Of a stretch of 64,000 nt of DNA, positions 25,601 to 37,200 are shown piece after piece. The notes under the pieces are model-generated. The model was not told where the DNA came from and did no database searches. It saw only the letters and a program-made list of their open reading frames with translations. The translations under genes and the position numbers were made by a program. The first letter of the stretch is position 1, and each line of letters starts with the position of its first letter. Source of the stretch: Phoronis australis. Its lineage: Eukaryota; Animalia; Phoronida. The stretch spans positions 615,192-679,191 of the forward strand of contig NMRA01000157.1 of the NCBI GenBank assembly GCA_002633005.1, in the 5' to 3' direction.

Positions 25601-26720
25601 CCAATTTCTTTGACTCCAAGTCTAACTATTGTTGGACAGGCCTTTGAGACAACACGCACCAATACCTTTGTGGACTTTAACATCTAGTGTGGATACATGG
25701 GTCTGTAATAAAGTTTATCATACCTTAGCTAACTTTTTTATTCTGAGCAGGCCAAGCAACAGCCTGAGCTGCTGTAAGTATGTTAGTGGATACACAGGTT
25801 TGTGATAGTTTATTGTATCTTAAATCATACTTTTAACTATTTTTTTTCTTCCGGACAGGCCTATCAGATTCCAATCTGTGGAGACATGGGTTTGTGATAG
25901 TTTATTGTATCTTAAACCGTAATTTATTTTTTTTTGTGGACAAGCCTATGAGATTCCAAAAACCAATACCTGAATTGGTTACTTTACATCTAAACATCCG
26001 AATGCAGAACAGGGTGTTCAAGTGCTAACAGAGTCCTAACTAAGTAGCCTAAATTTGAATTAGGGTGCCCATTTAGTCAACCTGAACATGCGCTAGATGA
26101 AGGCCTGCTTGCGTGTCCTCATGTGAACAGGACATCCAATTGCTTAATTAACAGAGCTGGCTACAGTGTCTAAATTTCAGTCAGGGGGTCCATTTGGACA
26201 CATGGCACCTTGGACGCCCTCTTGATGAAGACCTATAACAGACTTTGATTATCAAACTTAAAGGAAGCTGTTGAAAGTGTAGTTGACAATGTTTCTCCTG
26301 GTACATGCAGTGTTGCATTGAAGGCCCATATTACTGACAGCACAGGATTCATTGGATTTAACTCCAAATGAATTACCAATGTCCAAATCAAAAGAACAAT
26401 TTGGAAGGTGCAATGCTAAATACAGTTCAACGATGGCGAAATCCTACTCAGTGAAAGTGACTTATATCTTGTTTACATTTGGCAAGAAGGTAATTCTGAT
26501 GCTTGCTATACGTTACCTAAAAGCGTTAAGTAAAAAGTAAATTAAAAAAGTTGAAAGTAGTGCATATGGTCTGGACCTTTATATTCATTAGATAGACGTT
26601 CTTTTTTTTAGACCATCAGGACTTAAGGAGAATGCTTTTGTCAAAATCTAGTATTTTGCTACAATATCTCTCTCTCCTCACATGGGCTTGAAGTATAAAA
26701 GCTTTTAAAGACTGCATAAT

Positions 26721-28119
26721 CACGGGTGAGAAACAACATGACCGCCGGTCCTCTAAACAGGACCTCCGGGGATCAAATGGGACCGCCGCACCAGAAAATG
26801 GGACTGACGCACCCAAAAACATGACCGCCCCACCACAAAACAGGACCGCCGGGGACTGAGTAGTTAAGGCCTTTGTGTGATACTGCGGGTTATGACGTAA
26901 CCGGTCAGATAGCTGTGTAAAGACTATCGCCAAAATAAAGCTTGACAGCCTTGCGTTATTGAGCTCCGTTACATCCCCGACATTGCCCACAGCCCGGGTA
27001 GTTCTGCTCGTCACCTCGTCGTGGAACTTACATCAACATGTAGTAGAGCGCGCGACCGATGCAGGCGCATGCAAAATCTAGGCGTCAACCAACACTCACC
27101 TTGCAGTTTGCAACCGCTTGAGTGAAAAACAATCTAATGAACTGTTGTAATAATAAGTGACATGTGCACGCGCCATTTCCTCAGAAAAATTTTGAGACAT
27201 CTTTCGAAAGATGATGACAACTTGGCGGCAACAAGGTTTGTTATGAAATTCGGTTTGCTGGTATTAAAGTACTGAAAACTTATAACGAAATGAAACCAGT
27301 TTCGATAATTTGTTGTGCCAGGTACGCAACCTTGTAGAAGGACAGTTGACTGAAGAATCGGGGGAAAAGGAACCGGCCAATGTAAGCCGACTTAAGAGAA
27401 CGCAGAATAACGACAGAACGACAATTTCTCTCGAGCGCCGATGAAATAATTTAGTTTACTCAAGGAAGAGTGTCGTTAAAAAAAATTCGCCGGGTAAAGA
27501 TTTTACATGTTCAGTTTTTTACCCACATCGGCGCAAAGCTGTACATTTAATGTACAGCTTTGCCGCACAAAGGCAGCTAGTATGATGATGCTTCACCCGA
27601 GAACCAGAACGTCCGTTTTTTTACTTGACTAACTTTAAACGTCAAATTGGAGAAAATGATTTTCATTTTGTTCTAAAACTTATGCAGTGGATAAAATTAT
27701 AATTATTTAGCTCAAAAGCGTACAACGAGGTTGTTTTGTGTTAGATTTATTAAATGTTGACCTTTCAACTGTTTATAAGTCACATACCGCAGCCGGGAGC
27801 CTGGTGATGAGTAAAACTCAAAAGCGCCGCGTATTACAAAGCGAAGTGTCCTTTGTTGCTCACAAAAGATTTCGGTGGATTAATCGGCACAAGACCTGCA
27901 TATGCATACGTATATAGCCCCATTGTATGATCTGTGTAGGCCTAACGGTAATAAATCTTAGCCTGTTAGTTGTTGCGGTTTTAGTCCCCGGCGGTCCTGT
28001 TTTGTGGTGGGGCGGTCATGTTTTTGGGTGCGTCAGTCCCATTTTCTGGTGCGGCGGTCCCATTTGATCCCCGGAGGTCCTGTTTAGAGGACCGGCGGTC
28101 ATGTTGTTTCTCACCCGTG
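26721..28119. mobile_element. Young non-autonomous DNA transposon with CAC...GTG ends and perfect 137-bp TIRs (Transib/RAG-like or CMC superfamily)
   Basis: 26721-26857 is the exact reverse complement of 27983-28119. Flanked by ATAAT on both sides (26716-26720, 28120-28124). TIR built from six ~21-bp AAAYRKGACCGCC-type subrepeats. Confidence 0.85.
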
Positions 28120-28569
28120 ATAATACAGTCAGGTGTTATCTTATCACACATAATCAGGTAATTTATGGCACTCAATAAACACTGGTAGCTCAAGGTGCTT
28201 TCCCATTACGGGAACTTCAGTTTAGCGGAAGCTTCACTGAAACTTTGCTTACCTTTACCACTAGACAGGGATACCAAAGTTATCGCTAGATGGCAATTCA
28301 ATCATTGGAGTAAACACCAGAGGCTGCAGTTCATTCGTACCCTCCAACGAATATTGAGTGCTAGGATCAAGGTTAACTGAAAATTGTTTTTCCGCCATTT
28401 ACTAGTGTTTATGAAAATGTCATTCTTCATCATATGTATATTTATTTACCTCCATCTATTGAGAGCATGTCGGCACTGCTACAATAACAAAGAACACGTT
28501 TTGTGGAAAAGGTCTTTACAGTAGTCCCTTTCATAAAAACGTTGACACGTCGATGTTTTGGGGGAATTC

Positions 28570-28960
28570 ACTTCGCAGTAAATACGTGCATTGTACAGCA
28601 GAGCGTCGACACTGGGGTGCAGTATGAACAGTCAACTTTGGTCCCATCAAAATCATCACCAGGCCACTGTTATTGTCAACAGTTTAAGGACAGTGTCATA
28701 GCTAATTGTTACTTATTGCTCAAATAATCACCAATCAAAATAGAACTTAATTGTATGTCACACTGTCACATTAAAAAGATCCCAGCATGCACATGATGCA
28801 TCAGCGATACCTTACGATTACTTCAACGACAACAGCGTCACCTCACCGTTTACTTCAATGTCCGTCACGTACCGAAGCCCTTGTGAAAGGTTCAATTAAC
28901 TTCGCAGTTTACGCCAACGCTCCGTTCAGACTGGAGTTGAAGTCAGTATGAAAGAGCCTT
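28570..28960. mobile_element. Inverted copy of the 13719-14181 MITE family
   Basis: Reverse-complement similarity, e.g. TTGAAGTAAACGGTGAGGTGACG vs TTGAAGTAAACAGTAGGTCACG, and terminal GTATGAAAGAGCCTT. Left boundary uncertain. Confidence 0.55.
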
Positions 28961-30733
28961 TTGAGTTTCGCTTGGTCAAAGATCGTTGCCACGACCTCTA
29001 CTGATCACTTTGCCAAAGTTTCGCTCTGATCTTTGCCACTACATCAAAGTTTTGCTTGTAAATCCTACTATTTTCAGCAAACTTTCACTTGCATATTAAC
29101 TACCAGAGTTAACCTTTCCCATGTGGGAAAGCATTGTAAGTTTTAAAAACTGAAACTCTCAAATAGGAAGTCACAGAACAAACAAACACAACTTGTTTGA
29201 ATGCAAATAACACTGACAAAGACATAGTTTGGCCCCAGGATCCATGACCTAAGACGTGGGTCAAATTTCCTAACTCAGACTCTAGAATAATGATGCATGA
29301 TTCAATTACAAACTTGTAAGTTTTCTTGAAGCATCCCATGCAATAGGTCAATTTTCGAGTACAGTTTCAAGCAGAGACTAGACTCTGAGCCCAGATCAAG
29401 TGTCAATTGTGATATTTACCAAGACACAAAAGTGTCAGGTGATTTTAAAAGACTCATTACATGCAACTTGAACTAGACAAAGTTTGAAATTTTGAAAAAT
29501 GTTATCCATGATTCTACACATAGGTAAAGAAAGAAATCAATCCCCAAGACACCTGTTTCAAAATGAGGCAAAACCTTAAAACTTGTTTGTAATCAGGGCC
29601 AACAACCTTAACCCCCACCATTTAAATACTTATGGAGACCATGCAAGATAACCCTACGCCAACAGTTGTAGCTTCAAAAGGCTAAGGCAGCTATTGGAAG
29701 TTTTGTCAATGGTAGCAAAAACAGGGTCCTCTCAGAAGCTGAGAACAAGCTATTTAAAACTAAAACATGACAACCAGCAAAGCACTCCAAATCACAGATT
29801 ACATGATTCAAAACTCTAAAGGAGTGAAGTGTTTTTGTTCATTTCCAAAAAAAAAAACAGTTCACTATGTCACAAAAAGATATGTTTATGAAGAGAGTGT
29901 ACCACTTAACTCGGTGCAAACCAGGATTCTCTATAAGGCCAAAAAAGCAAAAATGGTTCATTTTGAGGCCTGTGCTTACAGATTGAAAATAAAACAAAAA
30001 AATTATTACCAGCCAAGGTCTTTAGTTTTCTGAAAATGTGCACATTAGCAAGGGTAACCAAGGTTTAGAAGTCCATGATTTTTCAAGCAGTGAGTGAAAA
30101 AACAAATATCATCACTCTGGCTGGTGTCAAATGGATTCGACTTAAGAAAAAAAAACATCGAACTCAACTAATATATGCTTTCTGGCCTTGCAACATGTCA
30201 CATTCAATGTCAAGGTAAATGGAACTAAATTCTGTCAAATTTATCTAACGATCCTCAGCCTGTTATTTAACTCCATGAAATGAAAATTTCGTAAACAATT
30301 ATTGAAAATTTACTGGAAAACACTGCCCAAGGCAAAACTATATGTTCCTCACAGCAACTTACGGCAAAACCCAAACGGGGGCGCAACTATCTTTCTAAAG
30401 ATTATAACAGAGCACACAAACTCAATGTTGAGTAGGCCTAAAATCCTCTTTGGTCGACTGGTTAGGACGCCTGGCATTAATTGAAGCACGAGCCCAGTTT
30501 CCATAACTTGGACTAGCTGACTTTTCACTTCATATCACCTTTTGATGATTGTATTACTAACCTAAACCGGCTTTGATACCAACGAATTACGACTCATGGA
30601 AATTGAAACCAGCGACTTCCAATGTCAACTCAAACTCAAAGAAATGAGGGAAATAAATTCATGAAGCGATTACTATGAAACTTTTCCTAAATTACGTCTC
30701 ACGGTTATCTTTCATCCTTTACAGAATGCTTAC

Positions 30734-31211
30734 CTGGGAATTCAGTTTTCAGAACGGGTGTTTCACGACTTCAACTCAACAATACAATGGAATGAGATTT
30801 CAGACACAATAGTTATATTGATTTGCAAAACATGAGTTGTCGACAACCTGTATCAATAACTTGGTCACGTTTCGAACTCGCAGAGTTTACCTTTGGCGAT
30901 ACTATTACAAAGAGGGGTTAGCAAAAATTCAAATGTAATTGGAACAAGATATTGCCATTGTTGTTGATGTAAGATCTATGTAAATTCTATTGAACAAAAA
31001 AATGTGGTCCTCCACAAATCAAAGATTTTGAGAGGATATCCGTGGCCATTCCTAGCATACATCTGAAATAGACCTACACCCCTTTGGTGTAATTGATTTG
31101 TTAATTCTCTCTTTGTCCACAGAGGGCAGTAAAAGTTGATCAGCGCCACCTATTGCTCAGGTTCAGTTTCCCCTTACCAGTTTTAGAGTCCAGAGTTGCA
31201 GGTGGAGAACA
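30734..31211. promoter_or_regulatory. Putative bidirectional promoter (MBOAT on +, non-coding first exon on -)
   Basis: Directly upstream of the MBOAT ATG, with a minus-strand donor CCCAG|GTAAGC at 30734/30733. By eye, A/T strand skew reverses here. CTCF-like CAGCGCCACCTATTG at 31141. Confidence 0.45.
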
Positions 31212-34200
31212 ATGGTTGAACTAAAGTCTGAATTTTATGTTGGGTCCAGGTTACTGGAGCCTTTCTGCCCTTACGTTGGACTACCAATCGACCAGGTAAC
31301 AAACAAAATCACCAGTCTACTGCTGCGACTTGATACCAAACGTAACCGTCAAACGATCAAGATCTCAGACTGTTCAACTCAGACCAGTTACTGTTCAGTC
31401 TCAGTAAGTTAGTGAGTCAGTCAGTCAGTGGCAATGTTTTCCCTGCAATGTTTTTACCATTTCTATGCCTATGGGCTCTCCTGGCAGTCATAGGAAAATA
31501 TAGACGATTAGGCAAGTTTGCAACCAGGTCGATGGTCCCGTCTAAGATTTTTTGTAAAAATGATTGTGAGCTTTTCATTTTGGGGTTCATGCAGTGCAAA
31601 GCTACAACATATACGTCTCAAGATATGGTGAAACTTATATCAAGATGTAGAGCTAACGACCAGTGGGGCTGCATGTAAAACCTGGGAGCCAAGCAGCACT
31701 CACCTTGACCATTACATCCATTTAAGTAAAAAACAATATAATGAACATCGTTTTCTTGTATTAATCCTGAAGTTTTTATAACAAAAAGTCTGGACAATGC
31801 TTACCTGCTCACTGTCTGAACTGAACTGAACCAGTAAGTTGATTCAGATGGTGCGGATGACATAGCCACCCTGTGCTTTTTGTAATGAAATCCCAAGCTG
31901 GTGTTACTTACAACTAGAGGAAACTTACTTCACTCTGGTTTAGTAGTGGGTAGTTCATAATGCAGATTTTTATGAAATAAAGGCAAATATGTTTCTTGGG
32001 TTTTCAGATGGATTCAAGGTATTCAACGGCTCTAAGGGCCAACCATTATGAAAATTGGCAGATGTGTGCCTGGTGAGAATTAGAGCTATGGTTAATGTTG
32101 ATTTTTGGTGAACTTGTTTTGACATTGCTATTTTGCTGTCAGTGGTATGAGGAAAGTAATTATGCTGGCCAACTATCGAATACTGGAAATCCTGGTGGAT
32201 TGCCAGTGTCTACCATTAGGGGTTGACTAACTTCCAACTTGGGAGCTTATCTCAATGATTTTATTAACATATATGTATACATATACATGTATACATATAC
32301 ATATACATATGTAAATATGGAATACTAGTAACTGAAAAAAATATGCACTTCGTAGCATGTTCATGCCCTCAAAGTTGGCCTGTGGACCACAGCTTATTAT
32401 ATTTGTTTACAGCAGAGATAAGGCTATTTTAAGACTGGACTATGAATCTACTTATTACAAGGGCAAAGTGCAGTGGTTCATACACTGAGTGACAGAATTC
32501 TGTTGGCTATGGAAAGCCAAAGGGAAAAAAATTTCAGGACTCAAATTTTCTATTCAAAAATTAAATTTTCTGCAGGATCAAAAAAATATGCTCAAAACCA
32601 AAATTTATTACACCAGGACCTGTTAGTTATAATGTCAGGACCAAAATTTAACGAGCCAGGACAGAAAATTTATTACGCTAGAAAGATTTTTCATATCAAG
32701 AACATTTTACGTCAGAAAAATTTCGTGCCAGGAGACCATGTGACCATCCATAATCACGTGACTCCTCAAACAGATGACGTAAGGTACTCGCTAATCGTTA
32801 CAATGAGATTGAATTTCTGTCGTCTCTTCCATGTTTTCAGCAGAAGCCAGTTTACACTTGGACTCACTGGTCCTGCACAGAATTTAGTTCTTGAATAGAG
32901 AATTTGTGTCTTGGATTTTTTCCGCTTTGGCTTTCCATAGTTGGCTCACCTGAATAAGTTCCAAGCTGTAGCTACCAAAGACACGTGACATGATGCACTT
33001 GCTACCATTTATTTTAAAATAATGAACTGAAACATTTTTGAAGGAAGACATTTTCAAGATGCAGAAAACTTTTTCCTATAGTCTAAAATCTTTGTGCTAT
33101 GTATATGTTTGTCACTAGACTCAAATGTCAAATAAAGATCATAGCTATCAAGCTGTTTGACAAAAATGTGTTTAGCTGATGTGTGGATTTGATATAGTAT
33201 TGAATTATCCNCCCCAACCTCCAATATATTTGAGGTAGTCAAAGTCTATACTAGTAATTCTTCTTCAAGGCTCAACACTTAGCGTAACATGAACTTTACA
33301 AATGTAACCAGGCAAAATTCTCTTATTGCTAAATGTGAAACGAGGTCTCCGAAACAAGGAAACAACGTATGCGGGAGTGCGAAAGTCGTGGCCCACCAAA
33401 AAAATACATAGTTTGAAACGATGGAAAATTAATAATCGGGATGCCTGAATTGAAGAACCAACCAACTGGGCAAAAATGTTGGCCTGAGATCTGGCAATCC
33501 TTTTTTAGTCAAACGGAATGTAGTTGCAGACCCATCTCCTGTCGAAGGTGAAAAGGGAGTAGCAGCCAATCAAGGCACTTTGTCAGTGCATAGGACATAA
33601 ATGGGTCCATTAGTTTTTGCCAAAGGATTAAGACACCCATTTTTTGGAGGTCACTAAGCAAAATCTGAAGTCACATTGTCGACATGCAAATAGAGTCCAG
33701 ATCTTGTTATAAATAGGCTTGCCCATCAGTTTCTTGTTACTAATACTCTGCTCGAATACAGCTCTTCAAAATAACTGTGAATTATCAAAATGAACTTGAT
33801 GCCACAATCGCCACTATGAAGATAAAAAAATCATGTTTATGTACTATTTGCAAGTTTCATATATTCATAAAAAGTTGCAATAACCATGTCCTATCACAAC
33901 TGTTGTTATCCACATCTTGTTGAGCTCAACATCATTTGACTTGCTAAACAGTGAAATTTCCGGAACACCAAAATAAGTGTAGTTCCAGGGTTTTCTCTAA
34001 TTGTTGTCAGTATTCAAAGTGCCGTTGGTGTTGAATTTCCAGTATTGCTATTGCAAATGGTTTTCAAATTTTGGTACGTACCCATCCACAGGTACAAACT
34101 AGCACATGTCATGGAACTGAAAGAAGTTGTTGTTGTCAGAGAATAGACTCTCAGATAAATTGTTGCTCATGTTGCGACTAGTAAGTTAGTCAATTGCATT

Positions 34201-37200
34201 ATTCATAATTTCAGTTGAACTACTTTGTCTGTCAGCTGGTGGCTCTTTCCTTTGGAATATTCTTCCGCAAATTTTTGTGTCCAAAGACTACCTCAATTGA
34301 ACTTCGGCACGTCATCGAGATAACTGTTGGATTTGCTCTGGGTTATTTCTGCTTCTCATAGTAAGTATGGCTTTGCATGTTTAAAGTGGAAAAATTAAAT
34401 AGACTTGGCCGCACTATGACGCGTGTCTGTAAATTTAATTGCAAGTTGAACAATGTTTATTTATTGTAACCCTTCGCCTATTTAATTTGGCACTCAATAA
34501 TGCAGACAAATGAACTCTTACTTTCTCAAATACCTCAACAAAACTAAAGATTAAGAAAAAATCAGTCTAACATTGTCTTGGGTTGTTCTGTTAAGATGTT
34601 GTAACACAACTTTTAGTAATAGGGTTTCCATTATTTTGTTGTTATAGCTTCCTTAGCAGGATCAAATTGCTTAAATATTTTTTAGACGATAACAAAATCT
34701 TTTGTGCACAAAAATGATGCCCAGACATTCACAAAACTGCAACTGCGTTTTTCTAAAAATCATGATTTTTTTCACAGACTGGATTTTTTCCACATGAAAC
34801 TTGATAATTCTGTTTCTTTTTTCTATTAGCTACAAAGGCATTTCTGGGATTTTGTTTTAACCCATTTTAGCCCGATTACTTGGCTGTCAATAATGAAGTC
34901 TACTGTTCATTTTGCGAGCAGAGTAATTAGGCTTAACAGGTCACATTCAATGAGAAATGTGTTTTTAACATGAACCCAAATGACGTACATATTTAAAATC
35001 AGTACCTCAGTTGTAGCAATCTAACAAGTTGTGTTGTTAGCTGATAAAATCATGGTCTTGATTCCAGCAAATGACTGGCAACCAACAGCAAGAAATGGAG
35101 ATATGAAATAAAATCACGAAAGTGCAACACATTTTGTTGTTTGTTCTACAGCCCTGGTCAAAGATAATGATAGTAAAAGTCTCCCTTCCAATAAGAATTA
35201 TCCCAAAAATATACACGTTTTCATCTCTTAAACTGACTGCATCCCTTTAAAAGAAATTCCCAACATAATTTTGCAGCTAATGGAATAAAGAAACAGTGTT
35301 TTCTTGTTTCGTTCAAAAAAATCGTGCTTGCAGTATCAGTAAAAAATTACTCAACCGGTTACAAACATCAGTTAAAAATACAAAATGTACCTAGAGTAGC
35401 GTAGATGAAGTAATATCCCATGAGACATTATTCCGTGTATCGACTGACACCCAAGGTTGAGGGCGTGGGCGTAGATGAAGTAATATCCCACGAGACATTA
35501 TTCTGCATGCCGACCGAGACCGAAGGTGCGTTATGTATTTATCCCACATGGTTCAAATTCCTAAGTTCCCTTCATTTTTTGGCAGATTTTTTAAATACTT
35601 TACCCAGACTGTTCATGGGGCGGAACACATCCTATATGTATGTACTTGCGCATTAGGTTGCAAATTTTCTCTAGTAAAAGAAACTGTTTTAAATGTAACA
35701 ATTTATTACTTGAAAAGAGATAACAAAAATGAAAACAATGGTAATTGTGGATTGTACTTGTAACATTTCTTGGAAATAGTTAAATAACAACAATATTCGA
35801 TATTGCATTTACCGAGGAATCGGCGCCTGAGTTGCTGACGATACAATATTTAGCAATTGAAAACTGAGACAGAAGTGTCATATAATTAACAGTTTTGTAC
35901 CGGATGATATGTTTGGGACCTGATTGCGTGTCACGTGTTATTTGTGGTGCTGCAATTGTATTACTTTAAAATATATTCGGAAAGTTTGATGATCGAACCG
36001 GCTACAGTAACAACCTCGAGTCGACATTGACCTACCTTTTGAACTTTCTATGTCAGAGGGCAATGTTGAAGTAGTGCGAGAGGTGAAGAGGGAAAACAAT
36101 ATCACGTGACCATATTGCAACGCGTATGGGATAAACGAAATAGGTATAACAGAAATTTGATCCTTTGTAAAAACCTAGCCAATTCTCACCATTTTGTTGC
36201 TCGTTTCAGTCAAGTGCTGCACCTGTTGGTGTCAAGTGCAGCATGTTATGTCGTCATGAGGCTGGTGCCGAAGCAGATGCACGTCATCTGTCTCGTCATA
36301 TCCGTTGGTTACTTACTGGTTATGCACATATACAGGGCTATATACGACTATCTGGGATTCACACTAGATGTCACTGGGTACGTGTATCGTAGGCACTGTT
36401 TAACTGACATATCCATACTTGTTTACTGAAAAAAATCTACAACAAAGTTCACTTTAGCAATGCTTTTAATTGTATGTCACTACAACAATTAAGCAAAAGC
36501 AGTAAGACTGTTTGTGACTTTGCTCCTAGTGTGTGTGTTTGTTGACGTTATTTTGTTGCAGTCAAGAGACTATTTAATAATAAAAATGGCATTTGACATT
36601 TGTTTGTGGAATTTCTCAAAGCATTGCTGCTACATGTAACTCATAACCTGCCCATACTTGTGTGTCAAAGCTCATTGCATCACACTGATGTTGATGTACA
36701 AAGTCTTATTAAATAAAAACAAGCTGATTTACTTGATGGGTATTTGTGAAACTCTCCCTTGGTAAACCCTCTAAAGTTTTACTTGACTTGTGTAATATTT
36801 GCAGATATCTGTTGGGCTTCAAAGTTTGAGTCGCGTGTAACAAGTGTATTTGTATGCACAACGATAGATAATGAATCATTAGGGTACAACCTTGTTGTAA
36901 TTAATGGCTATTAGCGTGTCTCAGTGGACCTCCATGGTCTCTGGTGAGGAGATTGGATGCAGACAATTGGTTGTATATAGCTCTTGATAGAATGCAAAAA
37001 GTCTCCGCGGAGATGTTGTTGATTTAATGGAGTTGCTCCTGAAACAGCCCAAATGTTTCTTCTTCAAACAGAATAGTGCAGTTTGGTGGCTTTGACAATA
37101 AAAAAACCGGCTTCTTGTTGCTTTTTGCTCTATAGGTTTACATTAGGCATCACTGAACTGTGACTTGATTATTGTGGTAGCACTCTTTTACTTCATTTAA

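Noticed and set aside
26616-28193. ORFs 26616-27014 and 27981-28193
   Set aside because: They are translations of the GC-rich TIR subrepeats and show no transposase motifs.
32473-32898. 141-aa ORF in MBOAT intron 1
   Set aside because: It coincides with the IS3EU-type MITE and its AT-rich internal repeats, with no domain similarity.
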